Made by a program: the position numbers and the translations under genes. A DNA stretch of 63,854 bases, counting the filler, from Octopus bimaculoides (Eukaryota), in assembly GCF_001194135.2 (NCBI RefSeq). It is 9 parts of 9 records of this genome, joined end to end, with 100 filler letters (N's around TTAATTAATTAA, not from the genome) between each part and the next. Parts side by side here need not be neighbours in the genome. Positions count along the whole stretch, not along the records: positions 49,601 to 59,978 come from NC_069001.1; positions 60,079 to 63,854 come from NC_068997.1; 7 more parts are not named here. One strand, written 5' to 3'. Positions 51,890 through 63,854 of this stretch are shown here, piece after piece (positions within the stretch are counted from its first letter, which is position 1; every line of letters begins with the position of its first letter). The notes under the pieces are model-generated. The model was not told the origin of the DNA. It saw only the letters and a program-made list of their open reading frames with translations, and made no database searches.

Positions 51890-52745
51890 TTTTCATTCCA
51901 GCTGCTGTGAAGGCAAGACGAACTACTAGTGTTCTACATCAGATTCGCGTTTGGCCGTACGGCTTTTTTATGTTGTTTTCACTGTCAAATTTTTCCTGTC
52001 TTGGTTTACGTTTGCCACCTTGGAATCCTCTGTTTAGTGGGTTGATCCACTACTCAGGAAGAGACTATTCTAGAGTACGTTCTGCCTTATCTTCGAAACC
52101 CCTGGAGTCTTGCATGTGTTGTGGGTTTGCTACCTGTGGCCTATGCTATCCATTCTTTTCAGCTATCTAATACTTTCCTAATTATTCTGACCATGCCAAA
52201 GGAGGCAGATCTTTTGTAACAGGTCAACTGGGTCCTCTATTCTAATTTCCTTTACATTCCCCTTGATGCCTTTCGATACTGTTCCCAAGGACCCAACAAT
52301 AATTGGCACCATCTTCACCTTCTTCATTTTCCATAGCTGGGCTATTTTGTACTTAAGAGGGTTGCATTAATCTACTCTTCTGCCTCCCTTCTTGACTATA
52401 CATGGGTCAAAGAGGCATGCAGCATCAACTATATATATCACCACTAGGTCCGCAGAGAATTTTGTTAGCCTCCGATTCTGCCCCTCTCTGCGGTTTGTGC
52501 TCATACCACATCTTGCCTCTCTCTAGCCCATACTTGTCGCACAGTTTCCAGTGTAACACTTGTGCTACCTGATCATGTTGCTACAACTTATAGTGGTTTC
52601 TGGCAAGTCTAGGGCATTTGTTCGTGATATGGGCAATGGTTTCATCCACTCTATTATAGATGCGGCACAGTAGAGACACTTGCTCATTCCTCAGGTTCAC
52701 CCTCCAGTTCATGGCCAAAGCTTAGTCTTGTGCTGCTAATATACA
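51890..52745 (-). mobile_element. R4/Dong-like LINE 3' part with CCHC finger
   Basis: CRIYNRVDETIAHITNKCP...HDQVAQVLHWKLCDKYGLER..WYEHKP...KIL; decayed downstream; putative 3' UTR to about 51890. Confidence 0.8.
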
Positions 52746-53189
52746 TATTTTTTTTTTATTGTCCACAAGGGGCTAAACATAAGACAGACAAACAAGGACA
52801 GACAAAGGAATTAAGTCGATTACATCGAACCCAGTGTGTAACTGGTACTTAATTTATCGACCCCGAAAAGATGAAAGGCAAACTCTTCTTAAGTATGTGA
52901 ATTGCAAGCTGTATGGTATCGTTGGTTAATTTTGTAATGAGATATCCCACAGGAACTTACAATCTTCAGAAACTTTAAGCTAGGAAAAGAGGAGTTAGTT
53001 CTCTCTGTACCACAAGACATATAAGGCTGCAACATGATCTCTCCAACCAGCTGTCTTTTGTCAGTGCTCTCCCNNNNNNNNNNCCCCCCACTCGGCTGCA
53101 ACTTTAGTGCCACATACAATCACTTTCTCGATTTTGTCTGAATCAATCATAGCCAATCCACTTCCAGCATCTGCATCTCATTTCATCAC

Positions 53190-53445
53190 TGTAAAGTGGT
53201 TGGCATTTGGAAGGGCCTCCAGCTGTAAAAGCCAAGCCAAAACTAACCTCGCCTGTGTGAGTGCCACATATAAAGCACTCAGCCCACTCTGCAAGGTGGT
53301 TGTTGTTAGAAAGGGGCATCGAACCATAAAAACTTGGCCAAAACAGACACAAGCATGATGCAGGCTCCTGCCTGGCCAGCCCCTGTCAAACCGTCCAACC
53401 CATACCAGCATGGAAGGAGGATGTTAAACAATGATGATAATGAAG
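53190..53445 (+). mobile_element. RTE-type 3' UTR repeat ending in (GAT)n
   Basis: ttggcatttggaagggcctccagc...aacccataccagcatggaa...gttaaacaatgatga; reverse copies at 10495-10700, 13685-13960, 14655-14960, 16275-16450, 30215-30425. Confidence 0.7.
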
Positions 53446-54084
53446 ATATTGTTGATGCCCATTGTCGTCTCAATTGCATCATTTCAGACTCTTTGCAGCC
53501 ACTTGATGTCAAGTATTTTCCTTAAGCATGTGAACTGCAAGCTGTGTGATATCATTAGTTGAGTTGATAATGAAATATCCCACAGGGTCTTACAAGTGTT
53601 ATATGACCAACATCAACTCTTAGTTGATCATCGTACATTGCCAATCTATTTAAACCTAAATTTCCATCTCATCTCCCATCAATACCCACCCCCATGAATC
53701 TTTTCCCCTTCCCCCTCTCTATCGACCCAATAATGTTTTTTTTTTTCTTTGTAATTAACTGTTTAAATGACTGCAAGGAGCTGTTACTAATGGGATGATA
53801 ATTTTTCGCACTATTAACCCCTGGTCTACATTTGTTTTAAATAAGAAATTAAACGTTTTCTTTTTTTTTTTTAATTTTATATATGTTTTTGTAATATTTA
53901 TACCTACGCTTGTAATTACGAAACGCTTAACGAGGATTAGAGAATTCAACCAATTGAAATGTGACACAGATATTAGAAACATTAAAAAAAAGAGATAAAG
54001 ATGTTTCCATCATTAACAAAGTGTTTAATAATCTGGAAAATTATAATTTTGTTTCCCTTTTTCTTTTTCCCTCATTTATCTTTT

Positions 54085-54440
54085 TGTTTTAGTCACTGGA
54101 TGTGGCCATACTGGAGCACCACCTTGAAGGGTTTTCTCTAGTCAAACCCCACTGCCACATCCACTACCATCCCAGTAATTTTTTTTTTTTAAGAAATAAA
54201 AGTTTGGCTCTTATTCTATTGGCCTCTTTTGCTGAATGACGAATTTGCAGAGATGTAAACAAACCAACACCAATCATCAAGCAGTGTTCAAACACACACA
54301 CACACAGTTTTCTGTCTCCCAAATCTCCTCCCAAGGCTATAACAGAAGACTCCAGTCCAAGGTGCCATGCAGTGGGATTGAACCTGGAACCATGTGGCTT
54401 GCAAAGCAAGCTTCTTAAACCACACAGCCATGCCTGCACC
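54085..54440 (-). mobile_element. SINE family A
   Basis: Reverse complement head and tail. Confidence 0.8.
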
Positions 54441-54739
54441 TATATACTATTCTGTGTGGAGGCACATATCTTAATGGTTAAAGTGCTGAGTTCGCAATCT
54501 TAGGGGTCATGGGCTCAATTTCTTAATTGGGTGGTGTGTTAAGACCTTCATTAACCCTTGATTAACCTGTGACGGTGCATGGCTCAGTGGTTAGAGTGTT
54601 GGGCTCACAATCATAAGGAACAGAGTTTGATTCCTGGACCAGGCTGTGTGTTGTGTTCTTAAGCAAGACACTTTATTTCACGTTGCTTTAGTTCACCCAG
54701 CTGTAGAAATGAGTTGCGACGTCACTGGTGCCAAGCTGT

Positions 54740-54908
54740 ATCTTGGGGTTAGTAGCGTGGGCTACTAACCCCAAGATTGCGAGTTCAAAATTGGTTGGGT
54801 TCAAAATTCTGCCACGACACCTGATGAAGGCCGGAGAGTAAATCAGCCGAAAAGTTGTGGTAACAACAAACAAGTTGAGGACACATATCCGTCCAATGTA
54901 AATAATGT
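54740..54908 (+). mobile_element. Hammerhead-bearing retroposon with tRNA-like head and 5' fold-back
   Basis: 17-bp perfect hairpin 54740-54777, B-box-like gagttcaaa, then hammerhead and shared tail. Confidence 0.6.
54816..54860 (+). ncRNA. Degenerate hammerhead motif, same family
   Basis: gacac-CTGATGA-a-ggccg...cagcc-GAA-aagt-t-gtgg; helix III palindrome broken. Confidence 0.5.
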
Positions 54909-55066
54909 NNNNNNNNNNNNNNCTCCCAAAATGCTTCAAAATCTCGCAGTAGAATTCTTGATTGATGGTCTGGCCATATTATTCATAAAGCGGTGAGCTG
55001 GTAGAATCATTAGTATATTGGATAAAAAGCTTAGCAGCAGTTCTTCCAGTTCTTTACATTCTGAAT

Positions 55067-55297
55067 TTAACCGTTTAGCATTCACATTATTTTGCCGAAA
55101 CTAATACTTTTTTTTTGATTCACATTGTTTTGAATTAATCATGCATTATGTTGTAGCTTTGAGATTTTGATGAGGTAATTGTTAATTTTTTAGAATGACA
55201 TTGTAGGGTTGGTGTGAGAAGTGAGATCTGGCCAATTTGAAGATAAAACAGTTAGAATATTTTGGCCAGATATGGATGGTTTAAATGCTAAAGAGTT
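55067..55297. mobile_element. piggyBac-like MITE nested in a SINE
   Basis: ttaa-ccgtttagcatt...aatgctaaagag-tt; interrupts SINE family B at its B-box. Confidence 0.7.
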
Positions 55298-55734
55298 CAA
55301 TTCCACAAAGGTCAACTTTGTCTTTCATCCTATAGGGGTCCATAATATAAATTACTTATAAAATACTAGGCTGACTTGCCCCCTTCTCTCAAAATTGCTA
55401 ACCTCAAACCCTACAATGGATTGGAGAACATCGTGATCTCAGTCACTTATATGCTTTGCAAACAGTAACCAGTTTTATGGTCCTTAAGACTCAAGAAAAA
55501 AGAAAAAAATATTCAAGGTAGCTCCTCTTTTTCAAAACAGTTCGGTATATATGACTGCTATTTCTAGCTCACCAAGTGTCCACATAGAGGTTCCCTTGGC
55601 TTAATATCACAAAGTTGGTTCTCACTTGCTTCTTTGTACAGCCATGGCAGATAATAGTCTCTCTCTTTAATCATCCATTTTTCAGCCAAGCCAAAAATGG
55701 CTCCCTTGCCAAATTTCCTCTTTCGTTTTCTTTC

Positions 55735-55791
<57 letters not shown>

Positions 55792-56180
55792 TCACCTGAC
55801 AAAAACTACCCCAAAAACATTCCAACTTTTCCACAACTCTCACACCATTCATCATACCACAAAACCAAGCAATTAGTGAAAGTTTGCAAATGTGGTTACG
55901 TTTGTCTGCAGTATTATTGAATATCCGTAGTAGCACTGTGAATAGAGAAGTCCTCTGTGTTACCATAAACATTAAAACACTTCTCTCCCTCTATCTCTCT
56001 CTCCTTTTCTCTCTGCTCAATACATCAAGAATCTCAACACCTCTTCTGATCTACTCAGCCCCAAGGCACATAACAAACTTCACCAATTTACAGACTTCTT
56101 TTTTATTTCTGGCATTCCGTCAGATACGACGAGGGTTCCAGTTGATCCTGACCAACAGATACAAGGTGTGTGTGTGTGTA

Positions 56181-56222
<42 letters not shown>

Positions 56223-57619
56223 NNNNNNNNNNATGCCAGCATGGACAATGGATGTTAAAAGATGATGATGATGATGATGACGATGACGACGAGGGTGATG
56301 ATTATGTGATTTCAGAGATATGTTTGTCTGGCATGAGATTTGAGTGAAGACCATGCCTTGAAACTAAAATAATTTACAACATGGCACACACAGACAGACA
56401 CGTATTAACCATTAGAAAACAAACAAAAACTGCTAACCTTACTTAAACATTTATTATTCAGTGTTGAAACTTTTGTCGCACAAACTGCGACATGGTCACA
56501 GACGCCAAATAATAAATGTTTAAATGAGTTTTCGATTGGTTGTAATGTGTCTTGCATGCTGCCAATTGCTTGTTTTGTGATAATTTTCAGAAATTATTGA
56601 GATGGATTTCGAAAACAGTTGTTGAAATGTTTATAGAAAATTGTTACTGTGGCGTTTATTCTTTTCATTCTTTTACTTGTTACTGTCATTAGACTGTGGC
56701 CATGCTGGGGCACCACCTTGAAGAATTTTAGCCAAACAAATTGATCTTGGTATTTATTTTTATATTCTGTCTCTTGTCTGGAACTTCAGAAAGCAATGAA
56801 ACCAGGGAGTCAAAATACTTTTATTACAGTTTACTAAGCAAGATAACCACCACCTTCTATTATGATCATTTTTTTTTTTTAATCTCCCTACCAAAATACA
56901 ATCTCTCTTTCATAGTATACTGGGTGAGACACAAGTTATAAGAAAAATGAAATCAGCTAATCTAAAAGACGATAATAAATGCAATAAAATATAATCAGGG
57001 ATTATACGAAAAACGTAAAAGTAAAAGAGAATTATTTTCCTGCTGACAGCAGTACAGAGACACTTGATATCTTTTAGATATCTCGGCAACTATAATTAGT
57101 CAGTAGTTCAAATGTATTGAAATATTGTTGCTATCTGTAGTGGAATACGTTTATATACCTATAACAGTAGAGTAACAGTATTTTATTTGAGATACTGGTG
57201 GCTATGGTAACTGTACATGCATCAGTGGCTTAGTGGATGAAGAATACTCTGTCATTATACTAGTGTTAGTTTAGAAATAAAAGTTTCTTCTGTTGAGTCT
57301 AGCCTGGTGTTATGTACATACATTCAAAGATAAGACATTTGATGACAATCACAGATGAAGTCAATCGAGATGTAATGTCAGAGATGAAAATACTGGAGGA
57401 AAATAGTTAACAAAAAAAAAAGAAAGAAAAAAAGAAATATGTTCATCTCTAAAAGATGAGGTTAATAGCATGAGACTGGTAATCTTATTAACACAACTTG
57501 TCTCAGACATGGTGAGTTATAAAACACACTGACACACAGACAGACATCGAAACAAATAATAAATATAGCTTACCAATATGTGCTCGTTGTAGATGTCCAT
57601 CGAATCCTTGCAGGCAGGA

Positions 57620-58065
57620 TATGGTGTAAGAGGCTGAAATTATAAGAACAGAATATAAACCATCAATAAAAATCAAAACATTTGTTTCAAATTTTAGCAC
57701 AACGCCAGCAATTTCGAGGGAGGAAGTGAGTCGATTACATCAACCCCAATGCTCAACTGGTATTTAGTTTATCAACCCCAGAAGGATGAAAGGCAAAGTT
57801 AACCCTGGTAGAATTTGAACTCAGAACATAAAGATGGACAAAGAGCCACTAAGCATTTTGCCCAGCTCACCACCACATAAAATACTGACTCAAATTTTGG
57901 CACAAGGCCAGCAATTTGGGGGGAGGGTGTGGGTCAGTTACATCAACACCAGTGCTTAACTGGTCCCTATTATATCGAACCCAAGCAAAGTTGACCTCAA
58001 TGGAATTTGAACTCGGAATGTAAATACAAGCAAAATGCCACTAAGCATTTTACCTGGTGTGCTAA
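57620..58065 (-). mobile_element. Two tandem SINE family B copies
   Basis: Blocks repeated at about 57620-57870 and 57880-58065. Confidence 0.8.
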
Positions 58066-58725
58066 TTGTCAGTTATTGCCTCTGTGAGGCAAAAGGAACT
58101 CATCTATTTTGCCTCTGTGAGGCCCAACACTTGAAAGGTGCTCTTTACATGCCACTGGCAGGGGTACCAGTTACCTGACACCAGCATCAGCCATATATAT
58201 ATATATATATATATANNNNNNNNNNNNNNNNNNNNNNNNNNNNNNNNNNNNNNNNNNNNNNNNNNNNNNNNNNNNNNNNNNNNNNNNNNNNNNNNNNNNN
58301 NNNNNNNNNNNNNNNNNNNNNNNNNNNNNNNNNNNNNNNNNNNNNNNNNNNNNNNNNNNNNNNNNNNNNNNNNNNNNNNNNNNNNNNNNNNNNNNNNNNN
58401 NNNNNNNNNNNNNNNNNNNNNNNNNNNNNNNNNNNNNNNNNNNNNNNNNNNNNNNNNNNNNNNNNNNNNNNNNNNNNNNNNNNNNNNNNNNNNNNNNNNN
58501 NNNNNNNNNNNNNNNNNNNNNNNNNCACCTAGTCGTGTAGGTTTTTCATATTGTTTTCAATTGTTTTTCAAATTTTCAAAACAATTTGAAAGACCTACAC
58601 AATTAGGTGAAAAGCGCTTCATTTAATATGTGACATTAATAAAAATCTGTAAATGTACAAACATCCAGGTTTCTGAGTACCTTAATTTTTTTCTATATAA
58701 TTTCTGTACATCACCTCCAAACCTT

Positions 58726-58764
<39 letters not shown>

Positions 58765-59096
58765 CACACGCACAAAACCTCAAACATACATAGTGTATGT
58801 GTTTTGGCTTACATGACAGGCATTGAAGTGCTCAGTACATTCTGCTGAAAAAATGCGTAGAATCTATGGTGTGTGTGTGTGTGTGTGTGTATTTATGAAT
58901 TTAATAACATACACCCAAACACACACATGCTGACACAAACATATAACCAAAAAAAAAAACAAAAACAGCACAACACATACTTGTAAAGTTATTCAACTGA
59001 AAATCTGGAGGGCAAGAAAACTTGCTATAAGTATTTATCTTCCTTTTAGTTTGCATTCAGTTATCATCATCCTCATTGATATCATCATCATCATCA

Positions 59097-59149
<53 letters not shown>

Positions 59150-59347
59150 GACATTAATTTCTTTTCCACATTTTCAATTACATCTCTTTCACTTTATTTT
59201 TCAAATTATCCATGTCAAAAGAAATCCTCAACATTATATTATTTATTACAGCATTATCATTACTATTACTACTACTACCCTTCATTATCATTACGATTGG
59301 TATTATTGCTAATATCATATTTATTAGTAGTATTATCATTAGTCTCT

Positions 59348-59390
<43 letters not shown>

Positions 59391-59847
59391 CATTTCATTA
59401 ATTCAGCCCACCTATTTTATTTCATTATTATTACAGTTCTAATTATTATTATTACCTTAAATATTATTATTATTAAAACGAATTAATTATTATTATTATT
59501 ATTATTATTATTAATCAGCATTTCGCTCTCTTTCAATTTTCTTTTCAACAATTTTGCCAAATGCTTTTTTTTTTCCTTTTTTTTTCACTTATTATTTATT
59601 TTGTCTTTGTAACATGAAGCAACAGCAACAACGACAACAACAGAACACTAAAACCGAGACAAATATTTCAATTTATGTGGAAATGTCGGAAAAAGAAAAC
59701 ACACACTTTTTAAGAACATGACTATTGGCAATGAATTTCAAAGCCTCCCCACCAATCCCTCTCCCTCTCTCTCTCTCAATATATATATATATATAGATAT
59801 CATCATCCTTCATATCAGTGTGTCCATACATATCTATCTATCTATCT

Positions 59848-59884
<37 letters not shown>

Positions 59885-59978
59885 TATATATACATACATA
59901 TACATATACATATTTATACATACATATACATACATATTTGTACATACATATATACATACATATATATATATACATATA

Positions 59979-60078
59979 NNNNNNNNNNNNNNNNNNNNNN
60001 NNNNNNNNNNNNNNNNNNNNNNTTAATTAATTAANNNNNNNNNNNNNNNNNNNNNNNNNNNNNNNNNNNNNNNNNNNN
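59979..60078. other. Artificial scaffold-concatenation linker
   Basis: 44N-TTAATTAATTAA-44N. Confidence 0.97.
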
Positions 60079-60123
<45 letters not shown>

Positions 60124-60894
60124 CGTGTGTGTAGTGTAATCTTCTAGAACACGAAAAATATAGCTTTCGTCGCCAGTTAATGAAATTCCTAAAAAGAAGA
60201 ATGAATGGGATCACAGGGAAGATAGATATATTCCAATAACTTGCTCGGTAGGTCCTTCTCCGAAGTGATGCCCTTCAGCTTGTAAGAATTGATCTCCTCT
60301 CCCAAACCAAGATTTTATCGATCACACCCGTGTACATACATGCATACATATATACAAATATGTGTATATATATATACATATATACATATGTATAAATATA
60401 TGCATAGATACGGATCTACATACATACGTAGACACATACATCAATGCATCCATGCATACATACATTCAGATACATGTACATATATATATATATATATATA
60501 TANNNNNNNNNNNNNNNNNNNNNNNNNNNNNNNNNNNNNNNNNNNNNNATAAATATATATATATATATATATGACCAATGTGATATCCGTTAATAGTATT
60601 ACAACTACTGATACTAATATTGCTATTTTGTGTGATATCGGTAGCAGTTGGTCATGGCTGAGAAGAAAGATTATACAATCAGTAGAATTCAGAGAAAGGA
60701 TAAAAGTAGAAGAATTCCGTTTAAAAATCGGAAACTTGCGCACTAAAAACACAAACACGCACACACATACAGCAACACATACATATGCACAAACACACAC
60801 AAGAACACATATATACACACAGATATATGTATATATGTATATATGTATATATGTATATATATACATATATAATAAAAGATAGACATATATATGT

Positions 60895-60970
<76 letters not shown>

Positions 60971-61167
60971 ATAGATAGACAGAGAGACAGAGAGACAGAT
61001 ATTCGAAATGCTAATTAGATTTAATGAAAATAGGGATAGATTCCATATGTCCACCCATCAGCGAAGGCACTGTGTCTCACAATTAAGCACTCCATCTACC
61101 TCACCGTCCCTCTCTTACTGTCTCACTCTCCATTTCTGCATCCATTCTTATCTATGCTTTTCAAATG

Positions 61168-61234
<67 letters not shown>

Positions 61235-61244
61235 NNNNNNNNNN

Positions 61245-61280
<36 letters not shown>

Positions 61281-61944
61281 TATGTATATTTATGATGCGA
61301 TGTAAATATATATATTCGCGTTTCATTAATTCCTTCTTTCTTAGAATTTAGGATCTCAGCATATGAATCATAAACTCATTTCTCCTTTGATGCTTTATGT
61401 TTATTGCAAATTATATATTTAGTTATATATCCACGTACACACAGACACACACACACAACACTATCACACACACACACACACACGCACACACACACATATG
61501 AGTATAGGTACACGTGTATGCATCCAAGCATACGCACTCTTACGTACTCCAGAGCAGATATATAGAGGGACAGACATGCAAATATATATGCCTACGTCTA
61601 TAATTTATATTGTAATATATATATACATATATATAAACATATATACATATATATGTACACACACACGCATATATATAAATACACACACACAAATACACAT
61701 ATATATATGTCTGTGTGTGTGTATGTGTGAGTGTATGCGTGTGTATATGTGTGTATCTGTGTGCGCTTGTATTTATTGATATCTGTAGAGAATTAATATT
61801 CTGTTTACGTGTGAAATGAATTCCTTTTCAATATTGATTGTAATTTATGGACAAAACTATCTATCACCTTTCTGAATGTATTCCAGTTGATACCTCTTGT
61901 ACAGCCTCTTCTTCTTCTGAAAGTTATTACCGTTATTATTATTA

Positions 61945-61994
<50 letters not shown>

Positions 61995-62420
61995 GAGGAG
62001 GTAGGATCGTCCGCATTCCGGACGAAATGTTTGGAAGTACTTCTTCCGGCTTGACGACGATCTGAGTTCAAACCTGGCGAGGCAATATTTGGCTTTGATC
62101 CTTTCGAGGTCGATATAAATATGTACCAGTCGTGCACTGAGGTCCATGTTCTCGATTAGCCGCCTCTCCACAGATTCCGGGTCTTGTAATTGTCACAGAA
62201 GGAAATGCGATTCTTATTAAAACGGCGAGATGGCACAATTGTTAGAACGCCGGACGAAATTGCTTCGCAGTATTTCTCCAGTTTTGCGTATTGACTTCGA
62301 ATTCCGCCGAAATTTATTTTGCCATTCATTCTTCTGGGACCGATTATTACTAGTTAAACAATGGGATCATTGTAACTAACTGGCCTCCTCCTGTAAAATT
62401 TCAGGACTTGTGCCTATAGC
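61995..62420 (+). mobile_element. Two diverged SINE family B copies
   Basis: Blocks at about 62000-62140 and 62215-62420; more degenerate pieces to 63640. Confidence 0.7.
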
Positions 62421-63644
62421 TGATATGATTATTATTATCATTATTGTTGTTATTAGTGATGTTGTTGTTGTTGTTGCTGGTGTTTATTAAGAGGAGCTGG
62501 ACGAATCAGTTGCACGTGGGAGAAAGTGCTTAACGTTACTTATTCAAACTGTGGACAGCACAGTTTTATATATTTAGCAATGCCAACAATCAGAATGCCT
62601 TCTGCTCAAATCAGAATGCGAAAGTATGCAGTCTCTCGGAGCTTCCGAAACCACATAGTTCACCCTCCAACCTCAGCTGAGCAGAAACTTCAACAATCAC
62701 AATAGCAAATGCAGCAAAAGTTATCTAAAAACAGTAGGAGCCACTGCAGCAACGACAACACGAAACCGTATCCACAAAACCGGATGCAGTTTAAATTAAG
62801 AATTAATTAAGAAATGTTATTTAATACTCAATATGCTTTCAACTGTTGGTACAAGACCTTAAATTTTGGTGTGAGGGATTAAGTCGAATTCAAGCGACGC
62901 CAGTGCTCAACCAGGATTTTAACTTAGGGCATACAAAGCCCCCAAAAATTAAAAAAACGCTAATCATTTTGTCCAACATGCTAACGTTTCAGCCAGCTCG
63001 TTGTCACACTCAATTCTTATAACGGAAGTGTATCCTGATCAAGGATATAATGAAAATTTCTCTGAAATTACTGAATCATTAGAACGTTTACTAGAGTAGC
63101 TCATGGATGTGTTCCGGCTCTCTGCTCCTGTGTTCACGATCCATCGCACTCAACCTTAAATTTTATCTTTTAGCGATGGATGAATAACGCACCAATCCCG
63201 TAAAGATGTCAATTATTTCACGTCTCCAATTTTCATCTTCTCTCTCACTCTCTCTCCCGCCCCCTTTCGTCACTCTCTCTCCCGCCCCCTTTCCTCCCTC
63301 TCTCTCCGTTTCTCTCGCTGCTCAACACCAATTACTATTTTTATTATATTTTTATAATTTTCCACAAAGTCCCAAGAAAGAGTTTGTTTCATGAACGCCG
63401 AAAGAAAGAATATAAAACTATCTTTACATTCTGTATTCGTGATTGTTTTGCAAGATTCTTGATGGGAAATCTTGTTTTGAAGCAGATTACTTTTCGTGTC
63501 TGTTGAGGTTCATTATGCAAATAATAAACAGATACACTAGGTCCATATAATTTATTTTCGTATTATTAGTCAACTGGTTAAAGTGGCAGAATATGTAACA
63601 CGCCGAGCAGGAGGTCTTGCGGCATTACGTCCATCTTTACTCAT

Positions 63645-63854
63645 TACTCTTTTACTTGTTTCAGTCATTTGACTGTGGCCATGCTGGAGCACCGCCTTTA
63701 GTCGAGCATATCGAACCCAGGACTTATTCTTTGTAAGCCTAGTACTTATTCCATCGGTCTCTAATGCCGAGCCGCTAAGTTAAGGGGACGTAAACACACC
63801 AGCATCGGTTGTCAAGCGATGTTGGTGGGACAAACACAGACGACACAAACGTCT
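63645..63854 (-). mobile_element. SINE family A, 3' half
   Basis: Reverse complement of tail/body; further fragments at 790-844, 28085-28230, 28740-28885, 30045-30175, 33715-33800, 56665-56790. Confidence 0.85.

Noticed and set aside
62600-62780. Gln-rich coding-like stretch RMPSAQIRMRK...
   Set aside because: In-frame stop, no splice signals, embedded among decayed SINEs.

Overview
AT-rich, microsatellite-laden animal genomic DNA, almost certainly Octopus, judged from the abundant tRNA-derived cephalopod-type SINE families and the RTE, CR1-group, R4/Dong-like and Tx1-like LINE debris. The window is not one locus. It is nine unrelated small scaffolds joined by eight identical 100-bp artificial linkers (44 N + TTAATTAATTAA + 44 N), and it also has many ordinary N gaps. 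Host-gene content is small: two in-frame minus-strand exons of the U3 snoRNP gene MPP10 (17474-17611, 13150-13269) and one orphan Pro/Gly/Tyr-rich coding exon (47852-48281). Nearly all ORFs in the six-frame track are microsatellite or gap artefacts. The most interesting signal is a set of minimal type I hammerhead-ribozyme motifs with a palindromic helix III, of the kind known from Penelope-like elements, in three different repeat families. One family appears to be a tRNA-headed SINE carrying a hammerhead and showing 5' fold-back inversions; another has a non-canonical CUGUUGA core. Other notable items are a CR1-group LINE whose 3' tail resembles the tail of the commonest SINE, a 16-bp minisatellite apparently amplified from a SINE B-box, and nested insertions. 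All identifications are by eye and from memory of the families, with no database search; repeat boundaries are approximate.
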